A DNA stretch of 63,211 nt, counting the filler, from Dirinaria sp. TL-2023a (lineage: Eukaryota): the NCBI GenBank assembly GCA_051941275.1. It is 18 parts of 18 records of this genome, joined end to end, with 100 filler letters (N's around TTAATTAATTAA, not from the genome) between each part and the next. Parts side by side here need not be neighbours in the genome. Positions count along the whole stretch, not along the records: positions 1 to 3,466 come from JAVEBF010002042.1; positions 3,567 to 7,032 come from JAVEBF010002043.1; positions 7,133 to 10,588 come from JAVEBF010002044.1; positions 10,689 to 14,144 come from JAVEBF010002045.1; 14 more parts are not named here. One strand, given 5' to 3'. A program made the translations under genes and the position numbers. The notes under the pieces were generated by a model that was not told the DNA's origin, did not search any database, and saw nothing but the letters and a program-made list of their open reading frames with translations. Positions 1 to 11,218 of this stretch are shown one piece after another. Within the stretch, counting starts at the first letter, position 1; the number at the start of each line of letters is the position of its first letter.

Positions 1-484
1 CGGAAGCTTTTGGTACCTTCTTACTTCACGATGCAGAGGTGCAGAGAGGGCCGCTTGGACCTTCGTGGGATGAGCGGCTAGCCGTTGATGGCTCTGTTTT
101 GACTGACGCGTTGTTTGGACCCAAATTCCCCGACTATAGAGGGGTTTCGGCTTCTTTCAATATTTGGACCTCTTCATGCCAATGAGGTTTTCTCTTTTTT
201 TTCTTTTTCTCTTTTTTTCCTTTTTTTTGGGACAGGTCAGAGATGCCTTCCATGACGTTGCTTCCCTGACAGTAGTAGGCCGGACAACGCGGACACTCCC
301 GCATGCATGATCGAACAGCAAAAACGCAAACAAGCAACGATGATTTGACGTGATGCCTGCGCGTCTTGATTCATGTGAAACACGCGACCAAGCATTTTCT
401 GTTGCCTCGGATCAGCCTAGGGATTCACCTGTACGATCATGTCCTTGGAGATGGATCTGAAGCAGTGAATGATGTGAAACGAAT

Positions 485-3125
485 TTGCATGCTAAGCTAG
501 AATTACAGCGACCGCAGAGCCAATCATCGCTCGCTCCGAGACCCCAACATTCGGTATCAGCAACAGGTTCGGCACATCATCTTCCTCAACCAAGCGTCGA
601 CTGCAGAACAGAGAGTGCAAGCCCGCTGAAGCATATACCGCGAAAACAGCAAAGCCCTTGCTCCGTTCCGCGCTCGCCACCTGCAGCATCCTCCTTTGCC
701 ACTCCACCAACTGCCCCTCCACCACCTGCCGCTGACTTTGAGCCACGCTCACCTTTCAGTCGACGACCGCCCGCCTCCCGCAGTAGTCATGGCATAGAGA
801 CCTATTCGGGCCCGCCTCCAGCTCTGAGCACTCAACTATCGCCCTCAACAGAGCAGACTTGGAAGAACGGGAGTTTGGGAGGCTTCGCTCGACTTGGCAG
901 CCGAGCAAAAACAACGGAAAGCCTAGGTGTTTCAATACATGGAGGGCTACCCTTGTCAAATAGTAGCATGGTCATAGATCCGATCAAAGGTCCCCCGCCG
1001 AACGATCAATCTCCAAGGCGGATACTACCGATAATGAACACTGGGCGAATGGCGCAGGACAATGATACCGCAGACAGCTATCAGGGAGATGAAACGTTGA
1101 AAGGCAGCCAGTTCCCCAAATTGCCATTTGCCATGTCGCCCAAGACCAGACCCGGCGCTGGGCGAGCTCCTTCGTCGCCGCGAGAGGACTTGTTCCACCA
1201 GCTAGCCCATGATCCGGCGGCTAACGAAACGCCTGAAGGCATTAGCCCAAAAACCAGACGAAGTGTAAGGTCCCGTCTCATTGCACTCTGTAAATGCACA
1301 TCGTAGTCACGCGGTTGGTAGTATCGAGCGCAAGACGAATGCGCAGCCGATGGTCAAGTCGTTATCATATGTCCCACGCAAACGCGCTGACATGAAAGTC
1401 TGTTTTAAGTCAGATCGTCTCAATTCGTCAAACACTCAGTCGTCTCCATCGTACCGACCATCATCGGCTCGAAGGCCGGACTCACAGAGCAAACCAACAC
1501 TTGAGCAGCGACCATTATCAAGCAAGGAATACGATTCGTCACAGTGGCCGTCATTACACGCTCTGCAGTCAGAGCCTACAGGATCGAATGGACAGGGCTT
1601 ATCTCGAGAACGACCAAATGCCATATTTGGAAACTCTTCAGACAGGAAAAGATATTATCCTCCGAGGACCTCTTTGAATTCTTCTAGAGCACGTAAAAGC
1701 TCAGTTCGCGGCACATCACCCGATTTGCGTTCAGCGTCTGAAGGAAGGCAGTATCTCACAGACTCACCAGGCCCGCGTACTTCAGGGTATCGCCAGCTGG
1801 GTCATCAGGCCTCGGCGAGTGTCGGGTACGACTCGTCCCCACTCAACGCGTACTCGACGGTTGGGTCCAAACCTTTGAGCAGGCGTGGTTCTCGTGCCGA
1901 AGGTACAGAGTCTACAGTATCGACTACTGCGCCATCTATGGTTTGGGAAGAATTGAGCGATCTACGAAGCCGCTTGAATAGACTCGAGCTCACTGGAAAA
2001 TTAAGTGGCTCTGGCAGCAGGAATGGCGTTCGTGAAAGGCCTGCGACGGCCACGACCACGACTACAATGACCACAATGTCATCCTCGCCAAAGCATCGCC
2101 GACTCAGAAGTGGCTCTGCCGAGGCTTCCACAGTAAAAGGTATGGCAACAAGGGGTACACATCCGCTCTTACGCTCAGCGCTTGAGAGGTCGAAAGACAT
2201 TGTCAGCCCAAAAGTCTTTGAGGCTTTGGAGGCTACAGCATTGGATGCGCTAGCACTAGCAGCCATGACTAATGAAGGCGACCCCAACGTCAACGTTGAT
2301 AGCTCTTCATATCCTGATAGTACAATAAGGGCATTGGATCGCCCACTGCGCCGAAAAGCCGACGGTCTATGTCGAAGCTTGACCGAGCTTTGTATTGCGC
2401 TCTGTGACGCCAATGAGACAGATTCCACAAAGCTCCGTCCGCAAAGCAGAGACACGACCAGACCTACAAATATCAACGGCGTCGAGCCTGAAAACTCCGT
2501 ATCCTTCCGAGCGGTGAGCCTAGAGCCAGACCAAACACGCGTAAGTTCGCGGGCCATGTCTCGCTTCGAAGCTCGTCGGAGCAGCATGCAAGCGCTGAAC
2601 GCTACCACGGGGGGACGCATTGGTTCTTCCCACTTGGAGCCCACAGCAACACTTACACAGCAGCAGCAGCAGCAGCAGCAGCAACCAATTCCAACTCCAT
2701 CTTCACGCGCCTCCTCGGTCCTACTCCGCCGCAGGACCAATGACGGCGAACGAGAACGGCCTCTATCCCGCGCAATGACCCAAGTCAGCCATTCCGGTGG
2801 CCAACAACGCCCTTCGCCGCGAGAATACACCTCTCATCACCCTCTCCCGCAGCTTTCTCCCTCCATCCAATCGACTGCAGCACCGCAGCAGCGCAAGAGT
2901 TACTTTTCAACCCCAAGGTGGTCACCCTCCAACTCAAGCGCGAAGCAGCAGCAGCAGCAGCAGCAGCAGTCGGCAGCTCCAAGACGATACCTAGAACCCT
3001 CTGCCTCTACCTCTTCGACGCCGCCAAGCTCGAGCGCGAGTGAGAAAAGACTCGCGCAGGCGAGACAGCAAAGATTAACGAGTCAGTCCCAAAGCACAGG
3101 ATTCGGTACTAGCACACGGCGCTGA
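485..3125 (+). CDS. Conserved fungal Ser/Pro-rich, largely disordered protein; probably Mto2/Spa18-like MTOC/septal-pore protein. True start not located.
   Basis: ORFs 485-1306 and 1281-3125 join in frame via a phase-0 intron ~1265-1409 (GTAAGG...GCTGAC...TAAG). Conserved-looking blocks are STVSTTAPSMVWEELSDLRSRLNRLELTGK and LRRKADGLCRSLTELCIALC. The family assignment is from memory only. Confidence 0.7.
2658..2969 (+). repeat. Two (CAG)n tracts encoding polyQ
   Basis: CAG runs at ~2658-2684 and ~2945-2969 within the CDS. Confidence 0.9.
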
Positions 3126-3466
3126 AACCAGACCCGGGCCTTTTTGTCGGACCTCTTTTTCTCTCTCTCTTTCTGCGTGGCGGTGGCATAGTGTTTTCAA
3201 ACCGGATCTCTACGCTCTGAATGGTCCTGGTTGGTGGGAAAAAAGCTTCGGCGTTGGCGGTTCCCTGTTGGTTTTCAGGATATATATACCTTTACTTCCG
3301 TATTCCTAACCTACCCGAGCTGCTCCGCATTGAACAAGAATGATCCGAAAAAAGGAGCAAAAGGGGGTCTCACTCCAAAAAGAGTATCACCCATCCCCCC
3401 TTTTTTTTGTATTACTTTTGTTTTCGCTACCTCTATAGCTTTTATCCATACTTCCTTTCATCTATC

Positions 3467-3566
3467 NNNNNNNNNNNNNNNNNNNNNNNNNNNNNNNNNN
3501 NNNNNNNNNNTTAATTAATTAANNNNNNNNNNNNNNNNNNNNNNNNNNNNNNNNNNNNNNNNNNNN
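3467..3566. other. Artificial contig linker N44-TTAATTAATTAA-N44 (first of 17)
   Basis: Identical 100-nt linkers start at 3467, 7033, 10589, 14145, 17697, 21246, 24792, 28336, 31865, 35391, 38884, 42375, 45858, 49335, 52809, 56281 and 59747. The core has stops in all six frames. The intervening contigs decrease in length. Confidence 0.98.
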
Positions 3567-5428
3567 AGGGGGGGGGGGTTGCTTGTGGATGCATAGGAAA
3601 TCTGAGGGAGGACACTTACGAAGCCTGCGGCAGTGAACTCCATCTTGTAACTGTGGATTGTGTTCAATAGAGCTACGAAGTCGGTCACGAGATCCTCCCG
3701 TTCGTCCATAATATCGTGCGCCAGGGGAGTCGGGCTGCTGCTGCTGCTGCTGGAGTTGGAGACGTTTTCGATTTTATAGTATTTCTCAATTAGATAGGAG
3801 CGGCTGGAGAGCGCATTGGCGAGGATGTTGATCTTCTGGACTTCGAGCTGTACGCGCCGATGCTGGATATAGTAATATTGGTTGTTACGGAAAGCGTCCT
3901 CGGGCCGTGATCCGGGCATTCCTTGTACGGGTGACGGGTAATTGGGCTGTTGCGGAGCACCCTCCACGGGTTGTTCGATCTTGAGAGACAGGTTGGAAAC
4001 GGCATCTTGTACTGTCTGTCTGACTGACTGAAGGGACTGCTTGATGAAACGCTTTTGGATATCGGAAGCAAGAACCTCATCCACATACTCAGATGATTCA
4101 ATGATAGAGAACTTGTTGTAAGACAGGTGCACTCGAACATTGGCGTTGAAGCCAGAAATCTCCGGAGCAACTCCTTCCGGTTGATCGAATAAACGTGTAT
4201 GCGTTACAGATCCGTCATCGACTTCGACAGGCAAAGAAGGATACGGCTTCGCTTTGCTTGCTGGAAGTATGTTGAGTTCTTCTGAGGGTACCCCGAGCTG
4301 TTGTAGGGTTTTGACCGCCATGAAGACAAGCCAATAAACCCGCTTTCCTAGCTCTACGAAAACCGCATTGGGCGGCACATGCTGGTCAGATATATCGTGG
4401 CCGTTGGTGGAAGGAGCGAGTGAAGGAGACCCATCAGCATTAATGTAATCCGGTCCACTGGCCTTGTGAATACCAAGCAGTCTTGTTATTGTCAGGCATT
4501 GTTCCAGATAGACTCTCGCTTTGTGCCAATTGCGTGTATAGACTCCAGTCATGCCTAGGAGGTAACTGATTGCCGCATCATGTACTGAGAATTCTCGGTC
4601 TAGGTAGTTGGGTTCGCGAGCTTGGACAATTATAGCGTGACATCTTTGAACGCAGTCTACTGGGTCAAGTGAGCCGCCTATATTTTGTGTTCGGTGATGT
4701 TGACGAAGCCGCGCAGGAAAGCAAGCGACAACGCAGCCCACCATAGACGTCAACAGCGCCAGAAATGTGGGATTCGTGTTATCTTCACGTTGGCTCAAAG
4801 CTTCTCTGAAGGATGGTTCATGGGGGACTGGAATCAGAGGGTGGAGGTAGGTGAAATAGTCCTGTATCAGAGCCTCTACGATGGGCAGTGGAGCTATTGT
4901 CTCCATGTTCTGCTTGTAGAAAGGAGTCTGCGCAAAAGAGGCCAAGGCTTGGGCAGCGTGCGTAGGTGAGGTTGAGCCCGCCTGGCCAGGCATGCCCGAG
5001 TCCATCTTCTGGCGCTTGAGAGCCTCCGCATGGCGGTTTGGAGGCCCGCGCCTCTTGCTGGGACGTTCGAATCTGCATTCGATTCCCAAATCGTGACAGG
5101 GTTTGCATGGCGTGTTCTCGTCGCACTAGGAAAGGGATCAGTATCTTGTCCGGAGGCTAGCAAACGCGAGTGCAGCCGTCAAGAAATCACGCACCTTGAC
5201 CTTTCGCAATGAGCAACCATCACAAGCCTTGCGAAGACGTGCTTTTTGAGGGTCGTTTTGGATTTGCCTCGGTTGGTCGGTTGAAATTCGGTGATCTTGG
5301 AAGGCGGGTGACGTGTTTTGGGCGGCTGACATGTTAGGCATAGGGTATTGCATGTTTGGATCGACGGCAAATTGCTGCTGTTGCGGTTGCGGTTGCTGCA
5401 TCGCAGCACTGTCCGGATACGTTGCCAT
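3567..5428 (-). CDS. Zn(II)2Cys6 transcription factor with fungal-specific TF domain (AmyR/MalR/SUC1-like group), 3' partial
   Basis: ATG at 5428. Intron 5194-5126 (GTGCGT...ACTGAT...TAG) rebuilds CDGCSLRKVK|CDENTPCKPCHDLGIEC, followed by RRGPPNRHAE and YFTYLHPLIPVPHEPSF. A further GTAAGT donor lies near 3618 before the contig end. Confidence 0.92.
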
Positions 5429-6298
5429 GCTTGCTGCAACAGTGTCCTCTACAATGGTTCGCAAATGTGGAGGGGAAGTTTTGAAGAAACGCTAAACGCT
5501 CCAAATAGAAGTAGGGAAGGAAAAAAAAAAAACTACACTCGTCCCCAAATAGGGTTAGGGTTTGTCACAGCACTTCTTTTCATCACTTAGTCACTTCTTC
5601 ACGATGTGACAGTCAAAATATTTATTGGGTTTTCACTTTAGTTTCGTATCACATTCACATACTGTAGCTGCTGATTTACTAATTAAGGATTTGGAGATAT
5701 GTCTAATAATCGGTTGTTTTTTCAGCAAATATATTGAGTCCAGTGGTGGCTCTGCAGTCACCAGCATGTGAAAAATGGAGCTCGAGGTCTCAATTCCGTC
5801 CATTCATCAAAATCCTTGGGAGTAGTGTGTGTGTTGCAAGTTAAAAGTATCTATGTCCAGGTCCAAAGCGGTCGAGGTGAATGTCTTGCGTTTGAAAACT
5901 AGTGGCGCTGGCTGCCTCAGAATTCGGACCCATGGAATGAATTTTGTCCTGAGTGCTTTGGTTTCAACTCCCCTTTGACTTCTAAACCTTCGGTATAGAT
6001 TTCATCTGATATTACCTTTGCTAAGTGCAATGAGAAGGTTTTCTAATCAGGAAAACGCTTGAAGCTCTCTACTTTTTCAGCACTTAAGGAAAAGCGACTA
6101 TTACCGACCTAAACCTTGTTTCAATATCACAGACATAGAAGCATCAAATTGCCACAAAACCATCATATGAGCATATCGATAGCCTAGGTATGACTGCAAT
6201 TATCTTGGCAGGAAATCCCGCGCGTCCAATTTCAGGAATCTCATAAGTTACTTGCTTAGTTGGAGCCTACGTGTAATTAGACATAATGCCGACACGCT

Positions 6299-6950
6299 CT
6301 AACCTTTCCGACCGATCGCTAGCATTAGCGATGAGCAAACAACGGCGCCACTGTGAGCGGCTAAAGCTGCTCCTCTAATCGCCTCGCGATGACGCTGGGT
6401 TCCCGCCGCATCGATTGAGCCAGCGTTGTCTCTTTCCAGGCCAGCACAATATTCTTCGCACAGCATGCAGCAATTTAGACCCCACCACATCTTATTCGAG
6501 TCTGAAATGGTGAAGCGTTCAAATCGAACCGCGTTGAGCCCTTGATGCGTAAAGACATCGCCAAGCTGGGCTACCCAATTGCAATGCGTTGCACGTGTTA
6601 GCCATCGCCGACGATAAGTGTGTGATGGAACCGCTTTGATGAAGAAGGCTAGAGAACAACGAGTCTATGAAGTGAAGAAAAAGACGCTATTTCGGACGTA
6701 CTTGAAGGCAGAAGAGCTTCTAGGCTTCGACATCAACGCCATCATATCCTTTGTGGGCTTTGCAGTGGATTCCAAAACCTCCGACGTGCGGGCTAAGCAT
6801 TGGGCCTCGATATCGACATCGTTCCATTGTAAATGACCGCCAGGTTCTGTCCCATCTCCGTTAGCCAAATTACACAATCAGGGTTAGGCAGAAGAGTACC
6901 TTAGCGAAGATATACGATTCCCTGGGACCGAGAAGGCGCGGTGGCTCCTG
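6299..6950 (-). pseudogene. C-terminal part of a fungal SAM-dependent methyltransferase; 5' part missing or degenerate
   Basis: PGGHLQWNDVD motif (KPGGxLQWxE type) after a GCTAAC...CAG acceptor. The later exon WVAQLGDVFTHQGL...LMLAIGRKG* resembles this family. The upstream exon does not join in frame. Confidence 0.55.
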
Positions 6951-7132
6951 AAAAACAGTATCGTAACGATTAATAAGGTGTCTATACAGTATCTACACGG
7001 TAACTTTCGACTAGTAAGGGTGTCTATACTGTNNNNNNNNNNNNNNNNNNNNNNNNNNNNNNNNNNNNNNNNNNNNTTAATTAATTAANNNNNNNNNNNN
7101 NNNNNNNNNNNNNNNNNNNNNNNNNNNNNNNN

Positions 7133-7615
7133 ATAGCTCCTAACCCGAGATCTTCTTCGGCGCCTACCGGTTACTTTCCACTTGCTTATCTTGCTCGACC
7201 CAACAACCGCGCCATCCACGCCACGGACACGCCAGGCCTTGTATTGTGCTTCGATCCAGCCGCGGATGTCTTCACTATTAGCTCATCCCATACAACGCCG
7301 GATCGGGGCTGGAGTCGATTCCGGATGCGCCGAGGCAGTATCCGACACGTCTTGTACGACGGTATGCGGATCTGCCTGTTGCAAAGGGATCCAGGCCTAG
7401 GCCCTGCTCATGGGATCTTAATCCAGCCTACAGTGCGGCCGGTTGCTGAGGCGCTACTGAAGATACTGAGAGGCATCGATGGGTGCGCGTACTTGCAAGC
7501 CACGCCGTGAGTTGGCTTCTCCACAAATACATGGAAATTTCTAGCTAATTGAATAGCAGTGACTTCATTAAACAGCTGTGGGAGGGAGAGAAAAGGATCT
7601 ATGAGTATATGAGGA
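7133..7615 (+). CDS. 3' fragment of a hypothetical protein
   Basis: Open frame near the contig start (...LCFDPAADVFTISS...AYLQATP) ending at a GTGAGT donor followed by GCTAAT...TAG/CAG. Confidence 0.35.
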
Positions 7616-7859
7616 CGCGGAAGAGAGACACCCAAGACTTGGAGAACCAGCCAGGGACTTCAAAAATCCAGACAGGGGGAGAATCGCGACTAAGCATGCG
7701 AATCGACCGAGAAGTGTGAACCTTTTACTTATGACTGATAAATTGCCTGCGATTGCTTTCGGATATAGAACAAACAAGAAGTATAGCCTCAATTGACTCA
7801 TTAATCATTTCCTCGTACTTTGGAGTCATGATCAGCGGAAATCTCATTCGTCACTGCTG

Positions 7860-8575
7860 CAGTCTTGGCTCTTGAAGTTTGTATAATAGGCAGGCAAATG
7901 CAGAAATGTGACAGGACTTTCAGGAGGCTAGAGGTTAAGTCATGGATGCTACGGATATCTGCATACAAACAGGATAAGCGGTGTCTTGCAGCTTTCACTG
8001 ACGATTTACTGTTTGCTTTTTGTTTCTTTTACTCCTCTTTCATGTGCCTCGGGTACATCTCAATCGCAGAAGGTGAGGTCTTCAGCAAAGGAGCAGACTT
8101 AGCTGATGCTCCTCAGAAAGAACTTTTTTCTCTATCTCTTCATGTGATGGTGATCTGCTGGTTGAGACGGGGTGTTGCAGCTAGCATAGCATATACAAAC
8201 CTATACCACCATCATTGTCCCACCATCTCAAGCCACAACAATAGCATCAAGTTGAACAATCTATACATCTTCAGCCATGCATCACGGTATCATCCACTAC
8301 CTATGTTCACCGCACCGTAATACTGGATAACATTTCAGAGCATCTGAGCACCATGACCATAACTGTGAATAGAATTGATAAAGATCATGTTGACGGTCTT
8401 CAATTGGGGAGCATTCATGCTCAATGTGTTGATCTCACCTGGTTCCAAGTCACAAACCTTCACAATCTGAATGGTTAATGTGTATTGACAAATGTTGCTT
8501 CCTTGTCCTCGACACTCGAATTGAGTGATGCAGTGAGGTCGGCGATGCAACACTTTCTCAGAGAATTTTACTATT
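7860..8575 (-). pseudogene. Possible heavily degenerate Ser/Thr protein kinase relic
   Basis: Motif-like pieces in kinase order: VLHR(+1 nt)DLTAS, IVKVCDL, T..MNAPQL, YGHGA..., HDLTSSLLKV. Many stops and frameshifts. Confidence 0.3.
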
Positions 8576-9490
8576 TAAACCCGCTCCCAGACACCTGGCT
8601 TCCTATTTTCTTTTTTTTCCTCATCTTCCTCACTCGCCGCTTATAGGTTCCTTCCTTGGTAAAAGCAACTCTTGCATTGGATTGATCGGTTATATAACAT
8701 AGACATACTTCACCAATTTCGTTTCTTAATCATCGTTATACATTATATCTGTCCTGATCTCCCTCCACCTGGTCTATTGATGGACATTTTCGAGGACCAG
8801 AAGCCGCTGGCGGCTTCATTGCATTCACGGGTCTAACGACCAATTCTCTTGGGCTGGGTCCCAAAACAACAAGCTGCAAGGATTTCAGCAGCTGACTGGC
8901 CTGTGCGCCATCAGAGCAGAAAATTGTTTTTTCCAATCGATGAGGATCGGAATAGTCAAGAGGCAGTTTCATGCCTGATTTGGCTCATCGTCATGGAGTT
9001 CTTTCCGATAGCTTGATGGGTGGGTATGTGCTCTTGGATTTGAAAAGTGGGGATGTGTAAAGCTGATGATCTTCGCAGTCTATCAGACACATCAAGTGCG
9101 TGTACCTCAAAGGACTCGCAGAGCCTTGGCCTGCTCCTGCTTTCTGCATCAACGACTCCCGACTTCTGCTTCGTGACTAGACATCGCTGCAGCTGCAGCA
9201 ACTACACTGGCCATGGCCACCGTGGATGGAATGGATGTCGAGGATGCAGAGTCTCAACATACCAGCGACTCGATGAAGCCCTTGCAACCGAGCCGGGCCT
9301 GGAAAGAAGGAAAGCAACCAGATGCACCATGGTACAGACCAAGTATCATCCTACTCCCATGAGCGAATGAACCTTGAGCAGCAGGAACTGAACCTCGTTG
9401 CGGACCGTCTTCTTCTCCAACAATGGGGTCGATCGAGACACGTTCTCGGCGCCAGCATTTCTCGATACTGACGGCTCTTCTTACGCTTCA

Positions 9491-10588
9491 ATGTCTCAAC
9501 GTATTCCACGCTTGCCTGAAGAGCTGAAAATTCATACCTTGAACTTCCTGGATGATATCAGGGACCGTAAGAATGCTCGCTGGGTCTGTTCGACGTTTGC
9601 GGCACTCGGTGCCCCATACTTGCTACGAAATGTCTTCTTTTCTTTTAATGGTTCCGATCGAGAAGACTCTCTGCTAGAATAAATCCCGGACCTCTCACCC
9701 ACCGATGTTCGTAGCATGGTCTGCGATGACACTACGTTTCTCGCATTGTTGGAAGGTTGTTTCTACTGCGATTGGTAAATTGATCCTTGGTACGAAATGG
9801 CGCCACCATTCACGAGCTTGATCTGCGAGGCAGTTTCAAGTCTGGTGCGAAACTATATCGAGTTGAGTACCAAGTACCATCAATGCTGGCCAGAGATGAT
9901 TTCAACGGACATCACACCCGAGTCAAGCTTCAGCGGGACCTGTCCACAATTTTTCAACGCTGCCCAAACCTCAGAGAAATTACCATCACGGATTCCTTGA
10001 AGAACACATTACGGACACCAAGCACTCTTTCGCTCACGGATATCGATGGAGAAAGTCGAATATGGGTTTTCCCTAAGCCGCAAGCATGAAGCACGATCCC
10101 TAATCCAACAAACATGTGGAATGCACAGACGACCCTATATTTCGTGTTCGGAGAACTGATGCGAGCATTGTCGATCAGCAACCACCGGATCGACGCGCTG
10201 GATATCGACAATATAGCAAACATGTGGAATGCACAGACGACGCCATATTTCGTGTTCGTGGAACTGATGCGAGCATTGTCGATCAGCAACCACCGGATCG
10301 ATGCGCTGGATATCAAGGGATACTATACTGGTATCTCACATCAGATCTTCAACTTGGCCTCCCCAGACACTGCTACCCCGATCTTGGCTGCGGAAAATTT
10401 ATGGCCCTACGAGTATAAGTATACTAAGTCACTGAAGAAACAACGAACCAGTACTTTAAACAGACTTCAATAGTTTGTACCACCTGTTGACCATGTTAAC
10501 GACGTGCTTGCCAATCTTAAAAGGCTTGGCCTGGCCATCGACACACATGGTTCGGATGAGGCATGGAGAAACTCTTACCTGCATCCTG
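9491..10588 (+). pseudogene. F-box-type protein pseudogene
   Basis: N-terminal RLPEELKIHTLNFLDDIRDRKNARWVCSTFAALG (F-box-like), then FQRCPNLREITI and LKRLGLAID. In-frame stops (9680, 10087) and frameshifts. Confidence 0.6.
10109..10314 (+). repeat. Tandem duplication with 108-bp period (98-nt homologous core)
   Basis: 10109-10206 and 10217-10314 both encode NMWNAQTT.YFVF.ELMRALSISNHRIDALDI, with about 5 mismatches. Confidence 0.95.
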
Positions 10589-10688
10589 NNNNNNNNNNNN
10601 NNNNNNNNNNNNNNNNNNNNNNNNNNNNNNNNTTAATTAATTAANNNNNNNNNNNNNNNNNNNNNNNNNNNNNNNNNNNNNNNNNNNN

Positions 10689-10844
10689 GGAGAGAGCTAG
10701 GATTGGGTTAGTGGGGGTTTTGAGGTCAGAGAGAGGAGGAATGGATTGACCTGCTTCTACGGACCATGGGGCGGTCAGGTCAACGGATGTTTTGGGGGGA
10801 GATGGGAGGCGTGTGTCTGGCCCAGACTCATTGGTGGAAGCCAT
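10689..10844 (-). CDS. 5' fragment of a hypothetical protein divergent from HAUS6
   Basis: ATG at 10844; frame open to the contig end. Confidence 0.4.
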
Positions 10845-11218
10845 AGTCCTTCTGGTAATAAGCTCTGTCAGGATCTGGGGCGAATGGAGAGACTTACGGA
10901 GGCGGTTGAGAGGGTTTTATAATGATATCGGCCTTTGAAACATGTTGATTGCTGCTGTAAAGAAGGAAGAAGCTGATATCAACAAAGGTCGCTTATCTCG
11001 CTTGGAACTAGCGGCGCCTGCAGCTGATGGACCGGCACGAGCCTTAGCTGGAAACCCCCCAACCGCTTGTGCTGGGCATGCAATATGCATTGTTCCGGGT
11101 CTCCACCTTCAAGCACAACATACTCGGGAACACTCATTTGTGAATCTCATTGCATTTAAGTCCTTTGAAAACAGCCAAAGAAACTGTCGTAACATGCATT
11201 CATCCTTTGCATCAAAGA

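Noticed and set aside
1805..2830. 341-aa antisense ORF with a poly-Cys run
   Set aside because: It is the shadow of the plus-strand gene; the poly-Cys comes from the reverse of the CAG tract.
8335..8553. Thymidylate synthase-like (VCDLEPGE) or tubulin-like (DLEPG) motif
   Set aside because: It is a single short match with none of the other family motifs; a kinase relic or chance explains it better.
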